A DNA stretch of 64,000 nt from an uncultured delta proteobacterium (GTDB taxonomy: Bacteria; Desulfobacterota; Binatia; Binatales; Binataceae). Below are positions 28,179-38,452 of the stretch, one piece after another. The position numbers and the translations under genes were made by a program. Below the pieces are notes generated by a model. The model was not told the DNA's origin and did not search any database. It saw only the letters and a program-made list of their open reading frames with translations. Position 1 is the stretch's first letter; the number at the start of each line of letters is the position of its first letter. The DNA is taken from the NCBI GenBank assembly GCA_963765675.1, contig CAVXXK010000006.1, forward strand, positions 160,001-224,000, read 5' to 3'.

Positions 28179-30203
28179 TTAATTTTGCGCGCGCGGTCCG
28201 AGCGCCGCAATCTGTCCTATGATTTCGGCCAGGTTCGAGTCCTTGGGCGTGAAGACCGCCCGCACGCCCATCGCGAGTAGCCGCGCGCGGTCGGGCTCGG
28301 GAATGATCCCGCCCATCACGACGGCAACGTCGCCGGCGCCGCGCCGCTGCAGCATCGCGAGCGCGTCGCGCGCAATCGCCATATGCGCTCCCGCCAGGCT
28401 CGAAATCGCGAGCACGTCAACGTCTTCCTGAAGCGCGGTCTCGACCATCTGTGCCGCCGTCTGTTTGAAGCCCGCCAGCACTACTTCCATCCCGGCCTGC
28501 ATGCACGCGTGCGCCAGCAGCTTGACCGCGTTGATATGTCCGTCGAGGCCGGCTTTGCCGAGCGCGATTTTCATCTTGCGCGGCGCATGAGCGATCGAAA
28601 ACGAGGCGACTGCTCCGCGCGCTTCGAGAATCGGCGGCGTGTAGCGTCCGTGGCTCGCGCGCACGATCGCGTCGGTCCATTCGCCGACGGTGCCTCCCGC
28701 GCGCGCGAGCGCGAGCGTCGCCTCCATCGTCGGCGCCTTTGCAGCAGCGGCCTTTTCGAGTGCCTGCGCCGCTCGCGTGACGGCGGCGTTGTCGCGATTT
28801 TTGCGCCAGCGTGCAATCGCGTCGATGCGATCCTTCTCGATTGCGGCTTGCACGTTGCCGCCCGAGTCTTCCGCACCATCGGCCGCCGGCCCGAGCAGTC
28901 TGATCTCGCCGAGAAATGAGTTGACGCCGACCTGGACGATCTCGCCGGTTTCGAGCTTGCGCTGGCGCTCGGCGAGAGAGCGCGTCAGCTCGCCGGCGAC
29001 GATTCCGATCGAGCGCGAGTAACCTGCGGTGCGCAGTTCGATCGCGATCGTGCGTGCGCGCGCCGAAATCTCGGCGGTCAGACCCTCGATTACTTTGCTG
29101 CCGGCGAAGATATCGCCGTATTTCGTGATGCCGGTTTCATGCATCAGCACCTGCTGGGTGCGGAGCGACAGGGTTTGCTCGGCCTGGTCGGGCAGCGCCA
29201 TCGCTTCGCGGAAGCCGGGCAACTGGAGCGCGTTGACGCGCGCCGCCGCGGAGATCGTGACCGGCAGCGCCTCGTATGCGATGCGGATGATATTGACCTC
29301 GGGCTGCTGCTCGGTGAGCGAGAGCGAGCGCACCTGGCATCCGGCGCGGAAGGCGACCTCGTCGATGCCGTACTCGGATTGGCAAAGCTCGCGCCAGAGG
29401 CTGAAGTACGCGCGGATTTTGCAAATCTCCGGAACCAGCTCGATGCCGCTGTTGATGAAAAACGAAATGCGCCGCACGGTCTGCTCGAACGCGGCAGGCG
29501 CAAGATTCTCTCGCAGCGCGTCGAGGATCAGCATCGCGTTGCCGAACGCGTAGCCGATCTCCTCGGCCGGGCCGGCGCCGCTTTCCATGTAGTGATAGCC
29601 GCAGCAGTTGATCGGATTCCAATTCGGGACGCGCTCGACGGCGAATTTGATCAGCTCGGTCGAGAGCCGGAAGGACATTTCGGGATCGAAGATCGAGGTG
29701 CCGCGCGCGACGAATTCCTTCATCAGATCGTTCTGGGTGGTTCCGCGCAGTTCGGTCCACGGCGCGCCGTGCTTCTCCGCGACGACCAGGTATAGCGCGA
29801 GCAGGAACGGCGCGGTCGCATTGATCGTCATCGAGGTGTTGATCTCGGCGAGCGGAATTCCCTCGAACAGCGCCTCCATGTCCTGCCAGTGGCAGATCGA
29901 GACGCCGGCCTTGCCGACCTCGCCGGCGGCGACCGGAGCGTCGGGGTCGTAACCGTTTTGAGTGGGGAGATCGAACGCGATCGACAGGCCGCGCTGGCCC
30001 GCCTTGAGATTTTGATGAAAGCGCGCGTTAGCCTGGCGCGCGTCGCCGAATCCGGCGTAGGTCCTGATGATCCAGGGTTCGCGCACGCGCTGGTTTTTGC
30101 GCTCGGCCTCGCTCATGCCCGCCGGTACCTCAGAAGAAAGGGTATTTGCGAATCGGCGTGAATTCCAGAGGCGGTCGATGAATGGCGCGTTCTTGTCCGT
30201 CAT
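28179..30203 (-). CDS. B12-dependent acyl-CoA mutase, ethylmalonyl-CoA mutase (Ecm/MeaA)-like, with fused B12 domain
   Basis: PWIIRTYAGF, GLSIAFDLPTQNGYDPD, GTTQNDLMKE, C-terminal GKAGLDGH...SSLAG...MGG. Start uncertain (30203 chosen). Confidence 0.85.
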   Translation of the reverse strand: MTDKNAPFIDRLWNSRRFANTLSSEVPAGMSEAERKNQRVREPWIIRTYAGFGDARQANARFHQNLKAGQRGLSIAFDLPTQNGYDPDAPVAAGEVGKAGVSICHWQDMEALFEGIPLAEINTSMTINATAPFLLALYLVVAEKHGAPWTELRGTTQNDLMKEFVARGTSIFDPEMSFRLSTELIKFAVERVPNWNPINCCGYHYMESGAGPAEEIGYAFGNAMLILDALRENLAPAAFEQTVRRISFFINSGIELVPEICKIRAYFSLWRELCQSEYGIDEVAFRAGCQVRSLSLTEQQPEVNIIRIAYEALPVTISAAARVNALQLPGFREAMALPDQAEQTLSLRTQQVLMHETGITKYGDIFAGSKVIEGLTAEISARARTIAIELRTAGYSRSIGIVAGELTRSLAERQRKLETGEIVQVGVNSFLGEIRLLGPAADGAEDSGGNVQAAIEKDRIDAIARWRKNRDNAAVTRAAQALEKAAAAKAPTMEATLALARAGGTVGEWTDAIVRASHGRYTPPILEARGAVASFSIAHAPRKMKIALGKAGLDGHINAVKLLAHACMQAGMEVVLAGFKQTAAQMVETALQEDVDVLAISSLAGAHMAIARDALAMLQRRGAGDVAVVMGGIIPEPDRARLLAMGVRAVFTPKDSNLAEIIGQIAALGPRAQN

Positions 30204-30354
30204 CGTGCGATGAAAGTGCGTGAGGCGGGGGAGCATCGTATTCCGAGCCGAGCGCCGCGCGATTAGAAGAGAGAGCAGCACCTATCAAGAAGTCACTGCG
30301 TCTCTCGCGCGTTATGGGAAATGAACCTTGGCTGCGGTGCAGGCCAAAAAAGAC

Positions 30355-30666
30355 CGACCTAACCCCCGACCCCTTCCCGCACGGGAAGGGGGTCAGAACC
30401 GAACCTCAATGGCCATACGGGGACGCGGAGCGGCGCTAGTGGCGCCGGAAATTCGCCCGACCACTCCGCCCCTTGCGACCAGTGTTCCCCTTCCAGTGCG
30501 GGAAGGGGACAGGGGTTAGGTCGATTGCCTGAGGAGCACCTCCTCCCCAAAGCATCTCATTTCGTCCATCAAGGTGCGCGCCGCCCTCTCCCGGGGGAGA
30601 GGGTATCCAGCAGGGCATCTCGGAGGGGCGTAAGAAGACACAGGCTGAAGCCTGTGCCACTTAAAA
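30355..30666. repeat. REP-like cluster: inverted family-B pair, a CCCTCTCCC..GGGAGAGGG palindrome and a family-A copy
   Basis: 30355-30392, 30484-30524 (inverted), 30584-30604, 30635-30666. Confidence 0.75.
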
Positions 30667-30721
30667 ACGGCAAGCGAGGATCGCGCGAAAATCTAGTGCC
30701 GCTTCCAGCGGGCGGGTTTCG

Positions 30722-31027
30722 CTAGCCGGGAAGGTCGACCGAGGATTTTCCGGCGTTAACGCATCGCGAGGCGGACTTGGGGACGATCGGCTTGCCCAGC
30801 TCGTCGTCGGTCACAAACTGATCGGCGTTGGGCTGAATTTCGAGTCCGTGCGATGCGGCGCGGGCGCGGTACGATTCGCAATCGCGCTCGGTGCGGAACA
30901 TGTGCGAGCGGACGGCCCAGTTCGAGACTGGCGCTCCGATGTCGAATTTTCCGATGGCTTTTGGCGCGGGGGCCACGACCATGAACCATCCGATAAGCGC
31001 AAGTATGGACACGTGATGCAGTTTCAT
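30722..31027 (-). CDS. Small secreted hypothetical protein
   Basis: MKLHHVSILALIGWFMVVAP signal-like start; APVSNW...F.T..DCE...RCV with two Cys. Confidence 0.65.
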   Translation of the reverse strand: MKLHHVSILALIGWFMVVAPAPKAIGKFDIGAPVSNWAVRSHMFRTERDCESYRARAASHGLEIQPNADQFVTDDELGKPIVPKSASRCVNAGKSSVDLPG

Positions 31028-31128
31028 CCGTTTCCCCTGGAAGAAATTAGAGCGGTTCCGAACCCCCGGCGGTGCTGCACTTTGGTCCGGTCATCCCCGA
31101 AAAGGTGGATGCCGCGCTGAATCCATAT

Positions 31129-32049
31129 TCACGGAGAAGTCATAAATAAAGCAAGTGAATTTATCAAGTCGCGCCCGTGCAGGTCGGGAAGGTCGGGTAC
31201 TTCGAGAACGGGAGTTCCGGTTTGGCGGCGGACGCGCTCGAGCGCCGCGCGCGAATGGGCAGCGCGGGCAATTTCTGTGCGCGCGATTTCCGCCAGATGC
31301 GCTCGCGCGCGCGAACCTCCCGGCTTGGAGTGGCCGCCGAGCATCGCGGTGACGTCGGCGGAATCGAAATCAACGGAGGCCACTCGATTGAAGAACACCT
31401 GGGACGGCGAAAGCTGCATTTCGCTCAGCGTAGCGTGCATCTCGAGCGCTTCCGACATCGCGAGCGAGTCGGCGGTGGTGACCTCGACGATCGCGCAGGT
31501 CTCGCGGTCGCGCAGCCATTTGCCGATATTGGCCGCCTCGTTGCCGACGACGCTCTGGCGAAACGTCGCCCGCGCGGCCGTGGGCATCTTGAGCAGCGCG
31601 AGCGCCTGCCCGCTCGAAGGAGCATCGACGATAATCGAATCCCAGACGTTGCGGCGGCGCTCCTTGCGTCCGCTTTCGTAATAGATTTTGCCGAGCATCA
31701 CGAGCTCGCGCAGTCCCGGCGCCGCCTGCACAAAAAATTGATAGAGCCGGCTCGCGAACACCGCGCGCAGGAGCACGCGCCCCGGCACCACCATCGCGAG
31801 GTATTCCTCGAGCGCGTGGCTGCCGTCGAGCAGCATCGTGAAGAGGTTCGGCGCGGCCTCGACCGGGCTGTAGGAGCGCTCGACGCCGAGCGCTGACGCC
31901 ATCGGCGCGCGCGCGTCGGTCTCGATGAGCAAAGTGCGCGCTCCCGCGGTCGCTCGCGCCGACGCGAGCGCCGCGGCAAGCGTGGTTTTGCCCACGCCGC
32001 CCTTGCCGAGGATGAAGATTACGCGCCGGTCGGGTAGGTCGGCGTGCAT
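31129..32049 (-). CDS. ArsA/GET3-related P-loop ATPase
   Basis: GKGGVGKTT, APGLRELVMLGKI, IIVDAPSSG. Confidence 0.85.
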   Translation of the reverse strand: MHADLPDRRVIFILGKGGVGKTTLAAALASARATAGARTLLIETDARAPMASALGVERSYSPVEAAPNLFTMLLDGSHALEEYLAMVVPGRVLLRAVFASRLYQFFVQAAPGLRELVMLGKIYYESGRKERRRNVWDSIIVDAPSSGQALALLKMPTAARATFRQSVVGNEAANIGKWLRDRETCAIVEVTTADSLAMSEALEMHATLSEMQLSPSQVFFNRVASVDFDSADVTAMLGGHSKPGGSRARAHLAEIARTEIARAAHSRAALERVRRQTGTPVLEVPDLPDLHGRDLINSLALFMTSP

Positions 32050-32074
32050 TATCGGTGAGACTACGCGGTCCGGC

Positions 32075-33052
<978 letters not shown>

Positions 33053-33064
33053 TTTAGGAAAGAC

Positions 33065-34315
33065 CTAAACCGCGGGCCGGAAAGCCAGCGTGGTATTGGT
33101 GCCGCCGAACCCGAACGAATTGTTGAGCGCGATGCGAATCTTCGCCGGCCGCGCTTGATTGGGCACGTAATCCAGGTCGCACTCAGGGTCCGGATGCTCT
33201 TGGTTGATGGTCGGCGGGATCATCCCGCGCTGGATCGCAAGAATTGTATAGACCGATTCGATCGCGCCCGCCGCGCCGAGCGTGTGCCCGGTCATCGACT
33301 TGGTCGAGCTGATCGGAACTTTGACGGCGCGCTCTCCGAAAACTTTCTTGACCGCCTGGGTCTCCGCGATATCGCCCTGCTCGGTCGAAGTGCCGTGGGC
33401 GTTGATGTAATCGACCTCGTTCGGATCGAGATCATTCTCTTCAAGGCACATTTGCATGCATCGCGCGGCGCCGCGGCCTTCCGGAGAAGGCGAGGTGATG
33501 TGATAGGCGTCGGAGTTGGCCGCATAGCCGACGATCTCGGCCATGATCGTCGCGCCGCGCGCGATCGCGGCGCCGCGATCTTCGAGAATCACAGCGGCCG
33601 CGCCTTCCGACATCACGAAGCCGTCGCGCTCCTTGTCGAACGGGCGGCTGGCCTTCTCGGGCGCGTCGTTGCGGGTCGATAGCGCGCGCATCACGCAGAA
33701 ACCACCGACTCCGAGCGCGGTCAGCGCGGCTTCCGAGCCGCCGGCGATCGCGGCGTCAAGATAGCCAAGCTTGATCATCCTGTACGCCTCGCCGATCGCG
33801 TGGCTGCCCGAGGCGCATGCGCTGGTCGTCGTGAAGCTGACGCCGCGCGCGCCGTAGCGAATCGAGATCTGTCCGCAGGCGAGATTCGAGATGAGCTTCG
33901 GGATGAAAAACGGCGTGATGTGCTTGAGACCCGTGGCGAGGAACTGTTTGTGGTACTCCTCGATTGTGCACAGGCCGCCGATTCCGTTGCCGATCAGGAC
34001 GCCGACGTTGTCGGCATTCGCCTCGGTGATCTTGAAACCCGACTGGCGCATCGCCTGCTCGCTCGCGGCGACGGCGTACTGGATGAACAGGTCCATCTTC
34101 TTGACGTCGCGCTTTTCGATCCAGTCTTCGGCAATGAAACCCTTGACCTCGCCCGCGATCCGGGCGGTGAACTGGGAGGCGTCGAAGCGCGTGATCGGAC
34201 CGATCCCCGAGCGCGCATGCATCAGGGAGTCCCAGTTCTCCTCGATTCCAATTCCAATCGGGGTCACCAGGCCGCTTCCCGTGACCACCACGCGGCGATC
34301 CAGTATCTTTCTCAT
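33065..34315 (-). CDS. fabF: 3-oxoacyl-ACP synthase II
   Basis: SACASG, NAHGTST, KSMTGHTLGAAG, NSFGFGG; start MRKILDRRVVVTG. Confidence 0.96.
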   Translation of the reverse strand: MRKILDRRVVVTGSGLVTPIGIGIEENWDSLMHARSGIGPITRFDASQFTARIAGEVKGFIAEDWIEKRDVKKMDLFIQYAVAASEQAMRQSGFKITEANADNVGVLIGNGIGGLCTIEEYHKQFLATGLKHITPFFIPKLISNLACGQISIRYGARGVSFTTTSACASGSHAIGEAYRMIKLGYLDAAIAGGSEAALTALGVGGFCVMRALSTRNDAPEKASRPFDKERDGFVMSEGAAAVILEDRGAAIARGATIMAEIVGYAANSDAYHITSPSPEGRGAARCMQMCLEENDLDPNEVDYINAHGTSTEQGDIAETQAVKKVFGERAVKVPISSTKSMTGHTLGAAGAIESVYTILAIQRGMIPPTINQEHPDPECDLDYVPNQARPAKIRIALNNSFGFGGTNTTLAFRPAV

Positions 34316-34460
34316 CGATGCGCTAGCATCCTCCGTGGGCGATTCCCATTCATCATGGACCAAATCCCGATCGAGGAAAAGTACGTGCCCCGCGCCATCG
34401 TCCGCGGTTCGCGCAACGCTTAACTTGAACGCGGGCGCGCACAAATGAAACAATTGTCAG

Positions 34461-34835
34461 ATGAGTGAGAACGCCGCCGCGATTGATTCTTTCGCGAAGC
34501 TCGCCGACAGCCTGGGCGAGCTCGAGATCGTGATCGGTCCCGCCGCGCGGCCCGCGGTCGCGGAAGTGCGCGACGGGCTTCGCAATGCGATCGCGATGCG
34601 CGATCGCGGCGACATGCCCGCGGCGATCGCGGCAATTCGCCGCGCGATGGAGCGGCTGGCCGGTCTTGGCGCCGAGCTCGATCCGGCCGAAGGCGCGATG
34701 ATGCGGGCGATCGCAGAGCGCTTCGCCGCCGCGATGTCGTTCGGAGACAAGGGGGAAGTCAAGGGCGCCGTCAACCTAATGCGCCACAAGGCGGGCGACA
34801 CCAGCAAAGACGGCGGCGGCGACAATCAATGGTAG
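34461..34835 (+). CDS. Hypothetical helical protein
   Basis: 124-aa Ala-rich ORF upstream of tkt. Confidence 0.6.
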   Translation: MSENAAAIDSFAKLADSLGELEIVIGPAARPAVAEVRDGLRNAIAMRDRGDMPAAIAAIRRAMERLAGLGAELDPAEGAMMRAIAERFAAAMSFGDKGEVKGAVNLMRHKAGDTSKDGGGDNQW

Positions 34836-34922
34836 CGGCGCGCGCCGCTGGATCGAACGCGGCCTGTCTGATTGATCATTTGTCAGTCTGAAAACTTGTC
34901 CTCTGACCGTGGAGAAATAATT

Positions 34923-36953
34923 GTGGCATCCGCAGCCGACATCAAAATTGATCGCACCCAACTCGATCAGCTCTGCATCAATTCGATCCGCGTCCTCACG
35001 ATCGACGCGGTCCAGAAAGCAAACTCGGGACATTGCGGCCTGCCGATGGGGATGGCGCCGGCGGCGTATCTGCTATGGACTCGCTTCATGCGCCACAATC
35101 CGAAGAATCCAAAATGGTTCGGGCGCGACCGCTTTGTGCTCTCGGCCGGGCACGGCTCGATGCTGCTGTACGCCTTGCTCTATCTCTCGGGCTACGGACT
35201 CTCGCTCGACGAGATCAAGCGCTTTCGCCAGCTCGGCAGCCTGACCCCGGGGCATCCGGAGCATCCGCATACGGTAGGAGTCGAAACCACAACCGGACCG
35301 CTGGGCCAGGGCTTCGGCAACGGCGTCGGGATGGCGATAGCGGCCAAGCATATCGACGCGCGTTTCGGAAAAGGCGCGGGCGAGCTGTTCAAGCATCGCG
35401 TGTTCGCGATCGTCAGCGACGGCGACCTGATGGAAGGCGTCGCGAGCGAGGCGGCGTCGATCGCGGGTCATCTGGGCCTCGGCAATATGGTTTATCTCTA
35501 CGACGACAATCACGTCACGATCGACGGCTACACCGATTTGTCGTTCTCTGAGGACGTGTGCAAGCGCTTCGACGCGTACGGGTGGCACACGCAGGTGGTC
35601 GAGGACGCCAACGATCTCGGCGCGCTGTCCACGGCGATCGAAAATGGAATCGCGGAGACCGAACGGCCCTCGCTCATCCGGGTGCGCTCGATAATCGGCT
35701 ACGGCAGCCCGCATCGGCAGGGAACTCCAAAGGCGCACAGCAACGCGCTCGGCGTCGAAGAGGTGAAGCTGACCAAGGAATTTTACGGATGGCCGATCGA
35801 GCCGGCGTTCTACGTTCCCGACCAGGCGCTTGCCGAGTTCCGCCGCTGTATCGAGCGCGGGGAAGCGTTCGAGAACGACTGGAAGACGCGCCTCAAAGAC
35901 TGGTCGAAGGGCAGCGCGGCGGAGGCGGCGGAATTCACCGCGATGCTGAGCGGCGAATTGCCCAAGGGATGGGACTCGGCGCTTCCTGTCTTCACTCCGG
36001 CTGACAGCCTCGCCACGCGCGAATCGGCCTCGAAGGCGGAAGCGGCCATCACGGCGAAGATGTGGGGGCTGTTCGGCGGGTCGGCGGATCTGAATGAATC
36101 GACCTTCACCGATGTAAAAGACGGCGGCAGCTTCGAGAAAGGAAACTACGCGGGGCGCAATCTCCATTTCGGAATCCGCGAGCATGGGATGTGCGCGATC
36201 CTGAACGGAATCGCGCTGCACGGCGGGTTTATCTCGTACGGCTCCTCGTTCTTCGTGTTCACCGACTATTGCCGCGCGTCGATCCGGCTGGCCGCGCTGA
36301 TGGGAATCCACGTGGTGTTCGTCTTCACGCACGATTCGATCGGCGTCGGCGAGGACGGGCCGACGCATCAGCCGGTCGAGCATCTGACCGCGATGCGCGC
36401 GATTCCGAATCTGGTCGTCATCCGGCCCGGCGACGCCAATGAGGCCGCGGAGGCATGGCGCGCCGCGATGACGCACAAGGGCGGACCGGTGTTGCTGGCG
36501 TTATCTCGGCAAAAGGTTCCCACGATCGATCGCAGCAAGACCGCGCCTGCCAGCGGCCTCGCGCGCGGTGCGTACGTGCTCTGCGAGACGCCGGGCAAGA
36601 CCCCGGAGATCCTCCTGCTCGCGACCGGTTCGGAAGTCCAGCTCGCGCTTGGCGCAAAGGAGCAGCTCGAAAAGCAGGGGCGGGCGGTGCGCGTGGTCTC
36701 GATGCCGTCGTTCAAGCTGTTCGAGAAACAGGACGCGAGCTATCGGGACTCGGTGTTGCCGCCTGCGATTCGCAAGCGCCTGGCAATCGAAGCCGGCGTG
36801 CCGATGAGCTGGTACCAATGGGTCGGACTCGACGGCAGCGTAGTCGGGATGACGACCTTCGGAGCCTCGGGACCGTCGGCGGACGTGATGAAGCATTTCG
36901 GCTTCACCGTCGAAAACATCGTGAACCACGCGCTGGAACTGCTCAAGCGGTAA
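34923..36953 (+). CDS. tkt: Transketolase
   Basis: [46 protein letters not shown]; GTG start after GGAG. Confidence 0.97.
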   Translation: MASAADIKIDRTQLDQLCINSIRVLTIDAVQKANSGHCGLPMGMAPAAYLLWTRFMRHNPKNPKWFGRDRFVLSAGHGSMLLYALLYLSGYGLSLDEIKRFRQLGSLTPGHPEHPHTVGVETTTGPLGQGFGNGVGMAIAAKHIDARFGKGAGELFKHRVFAIVSDGDLMEGVASEAASIAGHLGLGNMVYLYDDNHVTIDGYTDLSFSEDVCKRFDAYGWHTQVVEDANDLGALSTAIENGIAETERPSLIRVRSIIGYGSPHRQGTPKAHSNALGVEEVKLTKEFYGWPIEPAFYVPDQALAEFRRCIERGEAFENDWKTRLKDWSKGSAAEAAEFTAMLSGELPKGWDSALPVFTPADSLATRESASKAEAAITAKMWGLFGGSADLNESTFTDVKDGGSFEKGNYAGRNLHFGIREHGMCAILNGIALHGGFISYGSSFFVFTDYCRASIRLAALMGIHVVFVFTHDSIGVGEDGPTHQPVEHLTAMRAIPNLVVIRPGDANEAAEAWRAAMTHKGGPVLLALSRQKVPTIDRSKTAPASGLARGAYVLCETPGKTPEILLLATGSEVQLALGAKEQLEKQGRAVRVVSMPSFKLFEKQDASYRDSVLPPAIRKRLAIEAGVPMSWYQWVGLDGSVVGMTTFGASGPSADVMKHFGFTVENIVNHALELLKR

Positions 36954-37000
36954 TCGCGCCTACCTGTATTTGAATTGCGATAGCGAACTACGAGAGATCG

Positions 37001-37747
37001 ATGAGCGAGCCCAAGATTATTGTTCTTGACGATCCACAGTCGGTGTACGTTCACGCGGCCGAGGAAATTGTCCACTACTCGGGCGAGGCCGTTTGCACTC
37101 ACGGCGAGTTCATGATCGCGCTTTCGGGCGGCGGCACTCCGGCCGGCATTTACGAAGTGATCGCGGAGCGCTTCGAGCTCAGCGTCGATTGGAAGGAAGT
37201 GCAATTCTTCTGGGGCGATGAGCGATGCGTCGCCGCGTCCGATCCGCTCTCGAACTACGCGATGGCGAATCGCACGATGCTGTCGAAGCTGCCGCTCAAG
37301 CCCGCGCAGATTCATCGTATCGCCGGCGAGCTTGCGCCTGAGGCGGCCGCGCTCGCGTATGAAGAGGAATTGCGCCGCGCGTTCAATCTCGGTGAAGGTG
37401 AACTGCCGCGCTTCGATCTGATCATGCTCGGGCTGGGCGACAACCGGCACACGCTTTCGCTCTTCCCCGGCGATACGAGCGCGCTCCACGAGACTCATCG
37501 CATGGTGATCCCGGTCAAGGTTGACGCGGACCCGCCGAATCGAATCACGTTCACGGCCGCGCTCGCGAACCATGCGCAGCGACTGATGTTTATCGCGACC
37601 GGAGCGGGCAAGGCCGAGGCGGTGCGCGACGTGATCGAGGGTCCGCGCGATCCCGATCGCTTTCCCGCCCAACTGATCGCGCCCGAAGATGGCGAGCTTG
37701 TCTGGATGCTCGATAAGGCTGCGGCGAGCCTGCTGAGTCCTCGATGA
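37001..37747 (+). CDS. pgl: 6-phosphogluconolactonase
   Basis: ALSGGGTP, FWGDERCV, LGLGDNRHTLSLFP. Confidence 0.94.
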   Translation: MSEPKIIVLDDPQSVYVHAAEEIVHYSGEAVCTHGEFMIALSGGGTPAGIYEVIAERFELSVDWKEVQFFWGDERCVAASDPLSNYAMANRTMLSKLPLKPAQIHRIAGELAPEAAALAYEEELRRAFNLGEGELPRFDLIMLGLGDNRHTLSLFPGDTSALHETHRMVIPVKVDADPPNRITFTAALANHAQRLMFIATGAGKAEAVRDVIEGPRDPDRFPAQLIAPEDGELVWMLDKAAASLLSPR

Positions 37748-37784
37748 GCGCGTGCGCCAAACCTGAGCGGCAGGATAGTCGCTG

Positions 37785-38333
37785 ATGCTGCGTTTCGCGC
37801 TGCGCCATTTCACCGCGATTCTGATCTTGATCGTCCTGGGATGGTGGCTGGGCTATTACGTTCCGAATTCTCCCACCTGGTCTGTCCTATTGATGAAGCA
37901 GGCGATCGATGCGCGTGACGGTGACGCGGCAGCGCGTTACGTCGATTTCCAAAGCGTGGTCGAAGGGGCAGGGAAGCAGATGATCCAGGAGCAGGCGGCC
38001 AACAATCCCCTCGGTGCGCTGGTCGGGCAGGCTGCGATGGCGATGCTCTCAAAGCCGGCGGCAGGCCTGCTCGAGGCGCAAGCCAAGCAGAAGGTCGAAG
38101 ATGGCGACCCCAACATCCAGATGCCGGCGGCGGCGGTGCTCGGCTCGATCGTGCTGATGCATCGCAGCGGCGACACGGCCTACACGAAGTTCACCGACAA
38201 TAAGGGCAAGACCTGGGGGATTCACTTCAAGCGCGAGGCGGGAATCTGGAAGGTGAGCGAAGTCGAGAACATGCGCGAAATCTTAAGTCGCCTCAAACAG
38301 CACGAGCAAAAAGAGCTCGCACCGACGCCTTAG
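37785..38333 (+). CDS. DUF2939-like membrane-anchored protein
   Basis: N-terminal TM, SP.WS...AIDARD....ARYVDF pattern. Confidence 0.6.
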   Translation: MLRFALRHFTAILILIVLGWWLGYYVPNSPTWSVLLMKQAIDARDGDAAARYVDFQSVVEGAGKQMIQEQAANNPLGALVGQAAMAMLSKPAAGLLEAQAKQKVEDGDPNIQMPAAAVLGSIVLMHRSGDTAYTKFTDNKGKTWGIHFKREAGIWKVSEVENMREILSRLKQHEQKELAPTP

Positions 38334-38452
38334 GCAGGCGTTCCGGGCTATTTTCGGAAGCTGCGTTTACTCGGCCGCTTCCAGCAGGTATAATCGCGAC
38401 ACGCGGGCGAACCGGCACGGCTCGGCCGCGCTTTAGTATCCGCTTCCAGAAC

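Noticed and set aside
26229-30666. Repeats as a CRISPR array or integron attC sites
   Set aside because: Irregular spacing, mixed orientation, no cas or integrase gene, no GTTRRRY core pattern.
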